Shown: positions 19,300 to 29,149 of the stretch, piece by piece | Layout: every line of letters starts with the position of its first letter | How positions within the stretch are numbered: the first letter of the stretch is position 1 | Assembly: GCA_016207665.1 (NCBI GenBank) | Contig: JACQPG010000050.1 | Span: 5,519 to 69,518, forward strand | Source: Elusimicrobiota bacterium | GTDB lineage: Bacteria; Elusimicrobiota; Elusimicrobia; UBA1565; UBA9628 | Direction: 5' to 3' | DNA length: 64,000 bases | Notes under the pieces: generated by a model | What the model was told of the DNA's origin: nothing | Database searches by the model: none | The model's input: the letters and a program-made list of their open reading frames with translations, nothing else | Made by a program: the position numbers and the translations under genes

Positions 19300-20895
19300 C
19301 TAGAGCGGGATATTCCCCCTGTTTTCGAACTGGCCCGGCATCCGCTTGTCCTTCAAAAAGCGAAGCCCGCGGATGATCTTATAGCGGATCTGGCTGGGCT
19401 CTATCACCTCGTCGATGGAGCCGGTGGACGCGGTCTGGTAAGGCGAGGCGAATTTCTCGGAATACTCGGAAGTCAGCCTATCGCGCAGGCGCGTCCTGTC
19501 CTCGGGCGTCTTGGCGTTGGCCAATTCCCGCGAGTAAAGTATCTCGATGGCGCCCTGAGGGCCCATGACCGCGATCTCGGCGCAAGGCAGGGCGAAGTTA
19601 AAGTCGCCTCGGAGGTGTTTGGAGCTCATGGCGATGTAGGCGCCGCCATAGGCCTTGCGCAGTATCACCGATATCTTCGGAACCGTCGCCTCGGCGTAGG
19701 CGTGCAGGAGCTTGGCCCCGTGCCTGATGATGCCTCCATGCTCCTGGTGGACTCCGGGCCAATAGCCGGGAACGTCGACGAAGGTCACGATCGGGATGTT
19801 GAAGGCGTTGAGCAGCCGGATGAAGCGGGCCGCCTTGTCCGAGGCGTCGATATTGAGCGCTCCCGCGAGATGGGCCGGATTGTTGGCGATCACGCCCACC
19901 ACCTCGGCGCCCATGCGCATGAAGCCCGTGATGATGTTCTTGGCGAACGCCGACTGGACCTCGAAGAACTTGTGCTCGTCCGACACCTGCCAGATGATGT
20001 GGTGCATGCGATACGGCTTGCGGGGATCGAGCTCGCAGAGCTTCTCGAGAAGCGGGGTCGCCCTGCGCACCGGATCCGGGTTGGCTATGCGCGGCGCCTT
20101 CTCCCAGCGGTTTTGGGGCAGATAGGCCAGCAGCTCGCGCACTTGCCGGAAACAGTCGGGCTCCGATTTGGCGACGAACTGGCAGACCCCGGACTTGGCC
20201 GCGTGGGCCTCGCAGCCGCCCAGCGCGTCGAAGCTCACCTCCTCGCCCGTCGCCGCCTTGACCACGTCGGGACCGGTCACGAACATATGGCTGATGCCTT
20301 CCACCATGAAGACGAAGTCGGTCAGCGCCGGGGAGTACACGGCTCCGCCCGCGCAGGGGCCCAATATCACGGAGATCTGAGGTATCACCCCTGAGCAGCG
20401 GGTGTTGCGAAAAAAGATCTCGGCGTAACCGTCGAGCGAGTCGACGCCCTCCTGTATGCGCGCCCCTCCGGAGTCGAGCAGGCCGATGACCGGGACGCGG
20501 TTGTCGTAGGCCAGATCCATGATCTTGCAGATCTTCTCCGCGTGGGCCAGGCCGAGAGAGCCGCCCAATACGGTGAAGTCCTGGGAATAGACGCACACCT
20601 CGCGGCCGTTGATGGTCCCGAAGCCCGTGATCACGCCGTCTCCGGAAGCGGCCTTCTCCTGGAGACCGAAGTCATGGGAGCGGGTCCGGACCAGAAGATC
20701 GGTCTCCTGGAAGCTGCCCTCATCCAGCAGATAATGGACGCGTTCGCGCGCGGTGAATTTTCCGCGAGCCTTTTGAGCCTGGATCTTGTCCGGCCCTCCC
20801 CCGGCCATGGCGGCCTCGATGGATTGCTTGAGCTTCTTGGCGGCGGCGGAGAGCCGTTGAGGCTGAATGGGCTTGGCTGGGACGGTCTTATCCAT
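19300..20895 (-). CDS. pccB: Acyl-CoA (propionyl/methylmalonyl-CoA) carboxyltransferase beta subunit
   Basis: QDFTVLGGSLG, DSGGARIQEG, GPCAGGAVYSP, RKAYGGAY, GNIPL C-terminus; GGAGG SD before ATG 20895. Confidence 0.88.
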   Translation of the reverse strand: MDKTVPAKPIQPQRLSAAAKKLKQSIEAAMAGGGPDKIQAQKARGKFTARERVHYLLDEGSFQETDLLVRTRSHDFGLQEKAASGDGVITGFGTINGREVCVYSQDFTVLGGSLGLAHAEKICKIMDLAYDNRVPVIGLLDSGGARIQEGVDSLDGYAEIFFRNTRCSGVIPQISVILGPCAGGAVYSPALTDFVFMVEGISHMFVTGPDVVKAATGEEVSFDALGGCEAHAAKSGVCQFVAKSEPDCFRQVRELLAYLPQNRWEKAPRIANPDPVRRATPLLEKLCELDPRKPYRMHHIIWQVSDEHKFFEVQSAFAKNIITGFMRMGAEVVGVIANNPAHLAGALNIDASDKAARFIRLLNAFNIPIVTFVDVPGYWPGVHQEHGGIIRHGAKLLHAYAEATVPKISVILRKAYGGAYIAMSSKHLRGDFNFALPCAEIAVMGPQGAIEILYSRELANAKTPEDRTRLRDRLTSEYSEKFASPYQTASTGSIDEVIEPSQIRYKIIRGLRFLKDKRMPGQFENRGNIPL

Positions 20896-20906
20896 GGCGT
20901 CCTCCC

Positions 20907-21569
20907 TCATATATAGGCAACCGAAATGCAGGCTCCGGCGTACACGCCGTGATCCAGCCGGATGGAAGGGCGGCCGAGCTTTTCCCAACGTTTCAGGGCC
21001 TGCCCGGAAAGGGATAGCTTCCCGGCGGCAAGCAGCTCGATCTCCCGCAAGTCGTGATTGAGCTCCTCGGAGAGCAGCTTGAACACCGCCTCCTTGGCGG
21101 TCCAGAGCCTGATCTGGTCCTCGGGCGACCTGAGGGATTCCTGTTCCCGCGCCGTCGCGTAATAGCCTATCACCGCGGGAGTTTGGGTCCTGATGGCCTC
21201 CCAGTCCACTCCTATCACGGATGAGGCCGCCGCCCCCAGGCCTCCGGCCTCGCAGTGGGATATAGAGATATTCATCTTCCGCCCGCCGGGCAGCTCGGCG
21301 TAGGGACGGCCGGACTCGGCGTTGGCTATCTCTATGTCCTTGGGCTGGCCTTCGCCAAGAGCCCTCTTAGCGGCGATCCTCCCCGCGAGCCAGTCTCTGC
21401 GGCGCTTCTCCGTCTTGAGCGAGTCGAGAACGGCTCGTTCGCTGTCAGTAAGCCAATCGGAGCAATGATGGAGCAGCTCGGCCGCTTCTTGGGCCAGGCA
21501 TAGACCCAGGCGATAATTCGCCGAAGCGGACAGGAGCGGTTCGCGCTGGCCTGCCTTATGCCCGTTCAT
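20907..21569 (-). CDS. 4'-phosphopantetheinyl transferase (Sfp-type)
   Basis: WLAGRIAAK, SGRP, ISISH, IGVDWE, LWTAKEAVFK. Confidence 0.85.
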   Translation of the reverse strand: MNGHKAGQREPLLSASANYRLGLCLAQEAAELLHHCSDWLTDSERAVLDSLKTEKRRRDWLAGRIAAKRALGEGQPKDIEIANAESGRPYAELPGGRKMNISISHCEAGGLGAAASSVIGVDWEAIRTQTPAVIGYYATAREQESLRSPEDQIRLWTAKEAVFKLLSEELNHDLREIELLAAGKLSLSGQALKRWEKLGRPSIRLDHGVYAGACISVAYI

Positions 21570-21627
21570 GGGCTATGATTATAGCTAATCCTGGGAAAAA
21601 TCAACTGGGAGGCGCCGTCATCCCGTA

Positions 21628-21656
21628 TTGACACTCTTGGGATATTCCGATAATAT
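21628..21656 (+). promoter_or_regulatory. sigma70 promoter for 21677 gene
   Basis: TTGACA-17 bp-TAATAT; SD AGGAGA precedes ATG 21677. Confidence 0.6.
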
Positions 21657-21676
21657 TCTTCGCGCCAGGAGAAGAA

Positions 21677-22477
21677 ATGACGACGATCTGGGCTGATGGA
21701 TGGTTCTATATATCCGGCGGCGGTTTTTTGATCAGCTCGGTGCTTTTCGTATTCCTCCTTAATCAATATCGCGCCGCGATCGAATCCGAGGATGAGTCTG
21801 TTTCGCCCGAAGATATCGCGCCGATGCCCAAGCCGGAGGTCTACATCCCCAAACCCGTCGAATCCCCGGCTCCGGCGCCAGTCGCCGAGCCGCCGCAGGC
21901 CGCGCCTGGCCATATGGAAATGGGCCAGGCACCGCGGAACAATCCTCCTTATTCCGCGGCGCCCAAACCGGTGGAGCTGCCTCAGGTCAAGGCGGCCGAG
22001 CCTCCGGCCGAGAGAAGGAAGTCGGAGACCACCACGGGGGGCCTGTCCCCGGCTGTGGTCTATCTCCAGAATCTGACCATGCAGATGGCCTATGTGGAAA
22101 AGGAGTTGGCCGGATTGCGTTCCACCGTCTCCCAGCAGGCCGCGCAAAGCGAGCTGATATTGCAAAGGTTGGCGGATTTGAACGAGAGATTCGCGCAGCA
22201 GACTTTCCAGGTCATGGCGCCCACGCCTTCGAGCGCGCCCGAGTCCTCGCAGCCGAGCGCGGCCGCGGCCGATCCTATCGCCGAGCTGGAGAAGACCATC
22301 GTGCTTCAACCCGCGCCGTTATCGGCCGCGGCGACCGAGCCCGAGGGAACGCCCCCTACGGCGGCGGAGCCCGCGCCCCAAGCAGAGCTCAAGCTGGCTC
22401 CTCCTCCCCAAGAGAATACGGCCGAGCAAGGCCCCGAGGCCAAGCCGGGCCGGAAGGGTCCTGTCTGGCCAATCTAA
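21677..22477 (+). CDS. Hypothetical single-pass membrane protein, Pro/Ala-rich with central coiled coil
   Basis: N-terminal TM, low-complexity linkers, helix VYLQNLTMQMAYVEKELAGLR. Confidence 0.75.
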   Translation: MTTIWADGWFYISGGGFLISSVLFVFLLNQYRAAIESEDESVSPEDIAPMPKPEVYIPKPVESPAPAPVAEPPQAAPGHMEMGQAPRNNPPYSAAPKPVELPQVKAAEPPAERRKSETTTGGLSPAVVYLQNLTMQMAYVEKELAGLRSTVSQQAAQSELILQRLADLNERFAQQTFQVMAPTPSSAPESSQPSAAAADPIAELEKTIVLQPAPLSAAATEPEGTPPTAAEPAPQAELKLAPPPQENTAEQGPEAKPGRKGPVWPI

Positions 22478-23421
22478 AGATACCGCTGCTCCTCTTGATG
22501 GCCGCCGCTCCAGCGACGGCCACGTCTCTTTTTCCCGACTCGCCCTTCACCGATAAGGCCGTGGGGACGACCTCGGCCGCCTTCTTGAAGCTTCCCGTGG
22601 GCGCCCGGGCCGAGGCCATGGGCGGGGCCGCGGCCGGCTCCTCCAGCGGCGCCGAGTCGATTTTCCGCAACCCGGCCGGCCTGGCCCGTCTCAACGCTCC
22701 GAAGGCGACGGAGCTCATCATGACCTACAGCCAGCTTTTGGCCGATTCCTACGCCGGAGGCATGGGCCTGGGACGCCGCGCCATGGGCGGAACCGTGGGA
22801 ATGGGCTTGATCTATTTTTCCCAGAGCTCCTTGACCTCCTACGACGCGCAGGGCGACGTGACCGGAGAGTTCAGGCCCGTGGATCTGGCCTTGTCTTTGT
22901 CCTATGCCCGGCCGGTCGAGAACTTTCTGATCGGCGGAAGCTTCAAGGGCATCCGTTCTTCTTTGGCCGGCGAGACAGGCTCTAGCGTGGCAGCCGATGT
23001 CGGGGTCCAGGCCCTGCATGTGACCAATGTGGGCGAAGGGCCCCTGGATGTGGGCGCCTATTTGAGCCAGCTGGGGCCGCCCTTGAAACTCGGATCGGTC
23101 TCCTCTCCGCTTCCCTTCCAAGCACGCACGGGCTTTCTCTGGCACGCCTCCGAGAGGATGCTGGGCGCGGTCGACATCGTGCTGCCCGTGGATCACGATC
23201 CTTACGTGGCCCTGGGCGTCGAGCTGTCGCACCGGCATCGACAGTGGGCTGGATTCTTGAGAGCGGGATACAACCAGGCCCGTTCGCGCGGGTTGGATGG
23301 TTTGGCCGAAGTCACCGCCGGCGCGGGCCTCGAGTTCGGGAGCTTCCGGCTCGACTACGCCTGGATACCTTTCGGCGACCTGGGGGTCACCAATCGCGTG
23401 GCTCTCGGCTTCAAGCTTTAG
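22465..23421 (+). CDS. PorV/PorQ (UPF0164)-like outer-membrane beta-barrel
   Basis: AFLKLPVGARAEAMGGA...IFRNPAGL N-terminal motif, LDYAWIPFGDLG.TNRVALGFKL C-terminus; start uncertain (CTG 22465 or TTG/ATG 22495-22498). Confidence 0.82.
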   Translation: MANLKIPLLLLMAAAPATATSLFPDSPFTDKAVGTTSAAFLKLPVGARAEAMGGAAAGSSSGAESIFRNPAGLARLNAPKATELIMTYSQLLADSYAGGMGLGRRAMGGTVGMGLIYFSQSSLTSYDAQGDVTGEFRPVDLALSLSYARPVENFLIGGSFKGIRSSLAGETGSSVAADVGVQALHVTNVGEGPLDVGAYLSQLGPPLKLGSVSSPLPFQARTGFLWHASERMLGAVDIVLPVDHDPYVALGVELSHRHRQWAGFLRAGYNQARSRGLDGLAEVTAGAGLEFGSFRLDYAWIPFGDLGVTNRVALGFKL

Positions 23422-24547
23422 CCGACTCGACGGCCACCGCGATTCCCAGTCCGCCTCCCACGCAGATGGAGGCGATCCCTCTCCTGAGATCGCGCCTGCC
23501 CAATTCGCGCAACAGGGTCAGGACCAGCCGGGCTCCAGTGCCGGCGAAGGGATGGCCTAGGGCCAGAGCTCCCCCGTTGACGTTGACGCGCTCCCCAGAC
23601 AGGCCCAGGAGCTTGAGATCGACCAGGAGTTGGGCCGCGAAGGTCTCGTTGATCTCGAAAAGGTCGAAGTCCGAGAGTTTGAGCGATGTCTGGCCGAGCA
23701 GGGAGCGTATGGCCTCCACGGAGCCCAAGGGCATCTTTCGAGCGGGAAGGCTGACCACCGCGGCGCCGAGATAGCGCCCCAGCGGCGGACGCGCGAGGGT
23801 CTCGAGCTTGCCGCAGCCCAGCAGCAAGGCCGAGCCTCCGTCGACGATGGCGTGGGTGTTGGCGGCCGTGGCCTGGGAGTCCTCGATCAAGGGTTTGGAC
23901 CGGGCGAAAATCTCGGGGCGCGGGTCGGCCAGTATCGCGTCGTCTTCCGAGCAGCCGGCCGCGGGCGCGATCTCTTCCGCGAGTATCCCGCGGCCGCGCG
24001 CGGCGAAGGCCCGCCGATGGCTTTCCATGGCACATCCATCTTGTTCATCCCGGCCGATTCCCATCTCGCGGGCCAACTCCTGCGCGGTCTGGGCGATATG
24101 AAGCCCGCAGGAGACGTCCTGGAACGACGGGACGAACACGTCCCTTCGCACCAAGCTCGGGCTATCGGCTCCCGCGCACGCGACGATCCGGCCCTGTCCC
24201 AAGGCGATCGATTCGGCCGCGGTCTTTAGCGCGTAGAGTCCCGTTCCGCAGGCGAGGGCGCAAGTGACCGAGGGGACTCCGTCGGGCAGGCCCGCGCGAT
24301 GAGCCGCGTATCTTCCACCGTAGCAGGCATGCGGGCCCGCATGATACATGTTGCCGAAGACCAAGAGCTCCAAATCCCCGGCGGCCAGCCCGGCCTTTTC
24401 AAGCGAGGCCTTGAGGCTTATGGCCGCCAGGTCGAACGGGTCCAAACCCTTGAGAGCGCCTCCCTTTTGCCCGTCGCCGCGGGTTCCGGCCGACCAAGCG
24501 GCGAAGGGAGTGCGCGCTCCCTCCAGTATCCAAATCGGGTCCTTCAC
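23411..24547 (-). CDS. Thiolase (acetyl-CoA C-acyltransferase family)
   Basis: GARTPF, LACGTGL catalytic Cys, EINETFA, GGALALGHPFAGTG, CVGGG; GTGA coupling with suhB. Confidence 0.85.
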   Translation of the reverse strand: MKDPIWILEGARTPFAAWSAGTRGDGQKGGALKGLDPFDLAAISLKASLEKAGLAAGDLELLVFGNMYHAGPHACYGGRYAAHRAGLPDGVPSVTCALACGTGLYALKTAAESIALGQGRIVACAGADSPSLVRRDVFVPSFQDVSCGLHIAQTAQELAREMGIGRDEQDGCAMESHRRAFAARGRGILAEEIAPAAGCSEDDAILADPRPEIFARSKPLIEDSQATAANTHAIVDGGSALLLGCGKLETLARPPLGRYLGAAVVSLPARKMPLGSVEAIRSLLGQTSLKLSDFDLFEINETFAAQLLVDLKLLGLSGERVNVNGGALALGHPFAGTGARLVLTLLRELGRRDLRRGIASICVGGGLGIAVAVESAKA

Positions 24548-25338
24548 CGAGCCTCCGCGAAAAGGGACAGCATCTGGCGATGGAGCGCGCCATTGGTAGC
24601 CAAGGTCTCTCGTCCCAGATCCGCGATCCCCCTCCAGGCTTGCCCCGAGAAATCCGTGACCATCCCTCCCGCCTCGCTGACTAGAACGGCGCCGGCGGCG
24701 ACGTCCCAAGGGTTGAGCTTGAACTCCCAGAAGCCGTCCGCCCGCCCAGCCGCCACCCAAGCCAGGTCCAGAGCGGCCGAGCCGCTGCGGCGCACATCGT
24801 GGCAGACAACCATGAATCGGCGATAGAACTCGACGTAAAACCGGGATCGCCGCGCGCGGTCATAAGCGAACCCCGTGACCAGGAGCGAGGCCCTGAGATC
24901 GGAGACTTTCGAGACGCGCATGGGCCGGCCGTTCAAGCGCGCGCCCCGGCCTTGCCGGGCGACGAAGCACTCGTCCCGGAATGGATCATAGACTCCGCCC
25001 AGCAACGGGCGGCCCCGGTAAAGCAGGCCGATCGAGACGCAGGCCACGGGATAGCCATGGGCGTAGTTGGTCGTTCCATCCAACGGGTCGATGATCCAGC
25101 AATAATCCGAGCCGCTTTCCTTGACAGCGCTCTCTTCGCTGCGATAGTCGTGTTCGGGGAAGCGGCGCCTGAGCACCGCCAGGATGGCGGCCTGGCTGCG
25201 GAGATCGGCGAGCGTGACGATATTGGCCTTGCCCTTGTAGCGGACCTCGACCCGGCCGAAATGGCGGCGCAGCACAGCGCCCGCCTTCTCCAAGGCCTCG
25301 GAAAGCGCTGAGTCCAGAGCGTGGTCGGTAGGCTTCAT
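24544..25338 (-). CDS. suhB: Inositol monophosphatase
   Basis: WIIDPLDGTTNY, RRSGSAALDL, WDVAAG. Confidence 0.9.
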   Translation of the reverse strand: MKPTDHALDSALSEALEKAGAVLRRHFGRVEVRYKGKANIVTLADLRSQAAILAVLRRRFPEHDYRSEESAVKESGSDYCWIIDPLDGTTNYAHGYPVACVSIGLLYRGRPLLGGVYDPFRDECFVARQGRGARLNGRPMRVSKVSDLRASLLVTGFAYDRARRSRFYVEFYRRFMVVCHDVRRSGSAALDLAWVAAGRADGFWEFKLNPWDVAAGAVLVSEAGGMVTDFSGQAWRGIADLGRETLATNGALHRQMLSLFAEAR

Positions 25339-26102
25339 GAGAGCGCCGAGGCGATGCGCCGGGCCAGGGATTCGAGAGTCGCCTCCGGCGCCTCTATGAT
25401 GCGGCGTACGCCGCGTAACCGAAGTTCGGCCGATGTCACGGGGCCGATGGAGGCCGCCTTGGCGTGCCGGAACATCCTCCGGCAACGGGCGGAGCCGAGC
25501 TGGGAAAACAGGGATTTGACGGCGGAGCCGGAAGTGAAGGCTACCACCGTGATCTCATTTTTAGCCGCGGCCTTGAGCTTGGGGAGGCCCGTCGGATCCG
25601 GAAGGGTCTGGTAAGCCTCCACGGCGGCGACCGATACCCTGTGCGAGCGCAAAACCCGCGGCAATTCCTCCCTCCCCTCCCTTGCGCGCGGCAAAAGCAC
25701 CCGGCGGGCGCCCGCGCGCAGTATCAGACGTGCGAGCTGCTCGGCGCGGAAGGTCTTGGGAATGACGGCCCGGCCGAGGGCGTGCGATCTCATAGCTCGG
25801 GCCGTGCCAGGTCCTACGGCGAAGAGCGCGTCGGGAAGCGCAGGCCGTCCCATTTTGCGCCAACGGCGCAGGAAGAACTCGACCGAATTTTGGCTGGCGA
25901 AAACCAAGGCATCATAACGGCCCAGGTTCTTGATCGCTCGATCCAAGGCCGCGTAGGACCTGGGCGGCGCGATGCGTATCATGGGAGCGAATACCAAGCG
26001 CGCTCCGGCGCGCGCGAGCGGCTCCGCCATGCGAAGGCTTCGCCGCCGCGGCTGGGTCAGGACCACCACGGGCCTGGATATCCGCGCGCGGCTATTCCCC
26101 AT
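25335..26102 (-). CDS. hemD: Uroporphyrinogen-III synthase
   Basis: VFASQNSV, AVGPGTA, EAYQT, FTSGSAV, SIGPVT. Confidence 0.88.
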   Translation of the reverse strand: MGNSRARISRPVVVLTQPRRRSLRMAEPLARAGARLVFAPMIRIAPPRSYAALDRAIKNLGRYDALVFASQNSVEFFLRRWRKMGRPALPDALFAVGPGTARAMRSHALGRAVIPKTFRAEQLARLILRAGARRVLLPRAREGREELPRVLRSHRVSVAAVEAYQTLPDPTGLPKLKAAAKNEITVVAFTSGSAVKSLFSQLGSARCRRMFRHAKAASIGPVTSAELRLRGVRRIIEAPEATLESLARRIASALS

Positions 26103-26140
26103 CACGAGGCATATTACCAAATGTTGTAAAATCAAAAACT

Positions 26141-26668
26141 ATGTCGGCCTGGCTCAAGAGGGAAGAGGCCTCTGGCTGGCCCGGAGCCTCCCGCTCCGAG
26201 CCGACGCTGGTCTCGCCCTACCTTTCGGAGGGCGCGATACTCCTTTTGCGCGAGCCGCAAGAGCGTTTCCAGGTGATGGAGGCGCTGGTGCGGCTGGGCT
26301 GCCAAGCCCACTCTCTCGACGGTTGGAGCGATTTCCTTTCCAAGATCAAGGACCGGGAGAAAGGGATCAGCACGACGCTCGACACGGGGCTTTCCCTGCC
26401 GCATGCCCGCATCGATGACCTCGACCGTATCGTCAGCGCGCTGGCGCTGCTGCCGCAAGGCCTCAAGGAGCCGGATCAGGGCGTCATGGTCAAGGCCATG
26501 TTCCTTTTCGTCTCGCCGAACAAGCAGCCGTTCTTCCCCCTTCATTTGCGGCTGCTGCGCGCGGTCTCGCTGTTGTTCCAGCCCGCGCTTATCGACGAGC
26601 TTGCGAGAGCGCAGAGCCCGGCCGAGGCCTTGACCCTCATCCGCTTAAGCGAGGGCCGAGGACGCTGA
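26141..26668 (+). CDS. PTS IIA domain protein (PtsN-like)
   Basis: REKGISTTLDTGLSLPHARI phospho-His motif; HLRLL. Confidence 0.8.
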   Translation: MSAWLKREEASGWPGASRSEPTLVSPYLSEGAILLLREPQERFQVMEALVRLGCQAHSLDGWSDFLSKIKDREKGISTTLDTGLSLPHARIDDLDRIVSALALLPQGLKEPDQGVMVKAMFLFVSPNKQPFFPLHLRLLRAVSLLFQPALIDELARAQSPAEALTLIRLSEGRGR

Positions 26669-26669
26669 C

Positions 26670-27182
26670 ATGCCGGCATTGCGCATCACCAAGCAAGGAG
26701 AGCCGGTGCTCAAGAAGGTTTCCCAGCCGGTGGATTACGAGGCCATCCGGGAAAAGCTTCCCGCCTTGCTCAAGGACATGTGGGCGACCATGTACGCGGT
26801 CCGAGGTGTCGGGCTGGCCGCGCCGCAGATCGGGCTCAACATCCGGCTTTCCATCATCGACATCAAGCCGGGCGGCAAGTCCCGCCCGCTCGTGCTCATC
26901 AATCCGAAGATGCTTTCCAGCGAGGGCGAGCTGCGCGAGGAGGAGGGTTGCCTGTCGCTGCCCGGGATCTACGCCCGGATCATAAGGGCCTCTCGCGTGC
27001 GCATACGCGCTCTCGATGCCGAAGGCAAGCCTTACGAGATGTCCGGAGAGGGATTGCTGGCCCGGGCCTTCCAGCACGAGATTGACCATCTTGACGGCAA
27101 GTTGTTCATCGATCATCTGCCCTTCGAGGAGCGACTCAAGGTCATGGGCCTGATACGGGACCTGAAAAAGACTTGGAACTGA
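26670..27182 (+). CDS. def: Peptide deformylase
   Basis: GVGLAAPQIG, EGCLSLPG, QHEIDHLDG. Confidence 0.97.
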   Translation: MPALRITKQGEPVLKKVSQPVDYEAIREKLPALLKDMWATMYAVRGVGLAAPQIGLNIRLSIIDIKPGGKSRPLVLINPKMLSSEGELREEEGCLSLPGIYARIIRASRVRIRALDAEGKPYEMSGEGLLARAFQHEIDHLDGKLFIDHLPFEERLKVMGLIRDLKKTWN

Positions 27183-27197
27183 CGCCTAGCCCATCGA

Positions 27198-28145
27198 ATG
27201 AAAGCCCTTTTTTACGGAACCCCGGCCGTGGCCGTCCCCTATCTCGAACTGCTGGCGCGGCGCGCGGAGCTGGTCGCGGTCGTGACGCAGCCGGACAGGC
27301 CCGCGGGCAGGGGCCTGGAACTGCGGCCCTCTCCGGTCAAGGCCAAAGCCCTCGAGCTGGGGCTGGCCGTCTTGCAGCCTGAGAAGCCCTCCGAGATCGT
27401 GGCTCGGCTGGCCGGTCTCAAGCCCGACCTGGCCGTGGTGGTGGCGTATGGCCGTATCCTCAAGCGGGACGCGCTTCTGGTCCCGAGGCTAGGCAGTTTG
27501 AACGTCCACTTCTCGCTGCTTCCCCGCTACCGCGGAGCGGCGCCGGTGCAATGGAGCCTCATACGCGGCGAGACCAAGACGGGCGTCACGCTGTTCTGGC
27601 TGGATGAGGGAATGGACACGGGCCCGGTTTTCCTTCAGAGAGAACAGGCCATCGATCCCGAGGATGACGCCCGCACTCTCATGGAAAAGCTGCAAGCCCT
27701 GGGCGTAGTCCTGCTCGGCGAGGCCCTGGATGAGATCGAAGCGGGGCGCCTGCCGCGCCGCGAGCAAAGCGGCGAGCCCTCGGCGGCCCCCTTGCTTCGC
27801 TCCTTGGACGCCCGTTTGGAGGTGGATCGCCCGGCGATCGAGTTGCATAACCGGGTCAGAGGGCTGGCCCTTGGTCCCAAGCCCTATTTGGAGCTGCGCG
27901 CGGGCGCCGGACTGACGAGATTGATCGTGCTCAAGACCAAGATCGGCGCGGGGCCGGGCGATGAAAAAGCGCCGCCCGGCGCTATCTTACGCGTTGATCC
28001 AGGCGCCGGTTTTTTGCTAAAATGCCGGACCAGCTGTTTGTGGCTCCTTTCAGTTCAACCTGAGGGAAAAAAGCCGGTAACTGCTGCGAATTTTCTTAAC
28101 GGCCTCCGCTTAGGAGCGGGGGACTTTTTGCCATTGTGTCTATAG
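27198..28145 (+). CDS. fmt: Methionyl-tRNA formyltransferase
   Basis: VVTQPDRPAGRG, NVHFSLLPRYRGAAP, GMDTGP, QPEGKK. Confidence 0.96.
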   Translation: MKALFYGTPAVAVPYLELLARRAELVAVVTQPDRPAGRGLELRPSPVKAKALELGLAVLQPEKPSEIVARLAGLKPDLAVVVAYGRILKRDALLVPRLGSLNVHFSLLPRYRGAAPVQWSLIRGETKTGVTLFWLDEGMDTGPVFLQREQAIDPEDDARTLMEKLQALGVVLLGEALDEIEAGRLPRREQSGEPSAAPLLRSLDARLEVDRPAIELHNRVRGLALGPKPYLELRAGAGLTRLIVLKTKIGAGPGDEKAPPGAILRVDPGAGFLLKCRTSCLWLLSVQPEGKKPVTAANFLNGLRLGAGDFLPLCL

Positions 28146-29149
28146 ACGATAACGAAGCCGCCACGTCGACCAGCGAGCCGGAGATCGAAACATCCGGCCC
28201 TCGCATGGTGGGCCGTTGGGAAATGATCGGGATCGCCTTGGTCTTGGCCGGCTTGGCCCTGTATCTGTTTCAGTGGGCCCTCGAGGGCGCCATACATAGC
28301 CGCGGCGCGCAGACCGTCCCCGACCTCAAGGGGAAATCCGTCACGGCCGCCCTGGAGATGCTGTCGGCCCTTAATCTCGGTCTGAAAAAGGAAAGCGCCG
28401 AATTCAACAGCTCCGTTCCCATAGCCTCGGTGATCCGCCAAGATCCCCCCGGCGGAACCGTGGTGCGCGAGGGAAAGATCATCAGGATCGTCGTCAGCCA
28501 GGGCGGCGAGACCGTGCTCACGCCCGGGGTGGCGGGCTTGCCTCTGCGAAACGCGGAGATGCTGCTGCGCCAGAACCAGCTGCTCTTGGGCGAGGTGGGC
28601 GAGAGCTATTCCCTGCGTCATTCCAAGGGAGTGGTATTGTCCCAGGATCCCAAGGCCGAATCAAGCGTCGAGCGCAACTCATTGGTCAACGTGGTCGTCT
28701 CGGACGGGCCGCCTCCGGCGGGAGTCGTTCTCATGCCCGATTTCCTCCGCAAGAACATCAGCGAGGCGCGTTCCTGGGCCGCGGGCGCGGAAGTCCAGGT
28801 CAAGGAATCCAAGGATTCCGCCTCGCTCTTCCCTTTCGGCACGATACTGAGCCAGGATCCCCAGCCGGACGCGGTCTTGAGCGCCGGCTCCAGGGTCTCT
28901 TTCGTGATCAGCGGGCGCTCCGGCAAGCCCGGCGAAGGACCGGCTACCCAAAATTTCAGCTACGAGCTTCCGCCGGGCGGCAGCGAGAGCTTGGTCCGCA
29001 TCGTGGTGGTGGATAAATACGGCGAACGCGAGCTCTTCAACGGCCTGCGCAAGCCCGGATCGAAAATCGATCTTCCCCTTCAGGAATCCGGAGGCGCTCG
29101 GATGAAGATCTATCTCAACGGCATCCTCGTCGAGGAGCGGGATCTGTGA
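28136..29149 (+). CDS. PASTA-domain membrane protein (3 PASTA repeats, no kinase domain)
   Basis: TM helix then VPDLKGKS, VIRQDP, VLSQDP, MPDF, ILSQDP repeats. Confidence 0.85.
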   Translation: MSIDDNEAATSTSEPEIETSGPRMVGRWEMIGIALVLAGLALYLFQWALEGAIHSRGAQTVPDLKGKSVTAALEMLSALNLGLKKESAEFNSSVPIASVIRQDPPGGTVVREGKIIRIVVSQGGETVLTPGVAGLPLRNAEMLLRQNQLLLGEVGESYSLRHSKGVVLSQDPKAESSVERNSLVNVVVSDGPPPAGVVLMPDFLRKNISEARSWAAGAEVQVKESKDSASLFPFGTILSQDPQPDAVLSAGSRVSFVISGRSGKPGEGPATQNFSYELPPGGSESLVRIVVVDKYGERELFNGLRKPGSKIDLPLQESGGARMKIYLNGILVEERDL

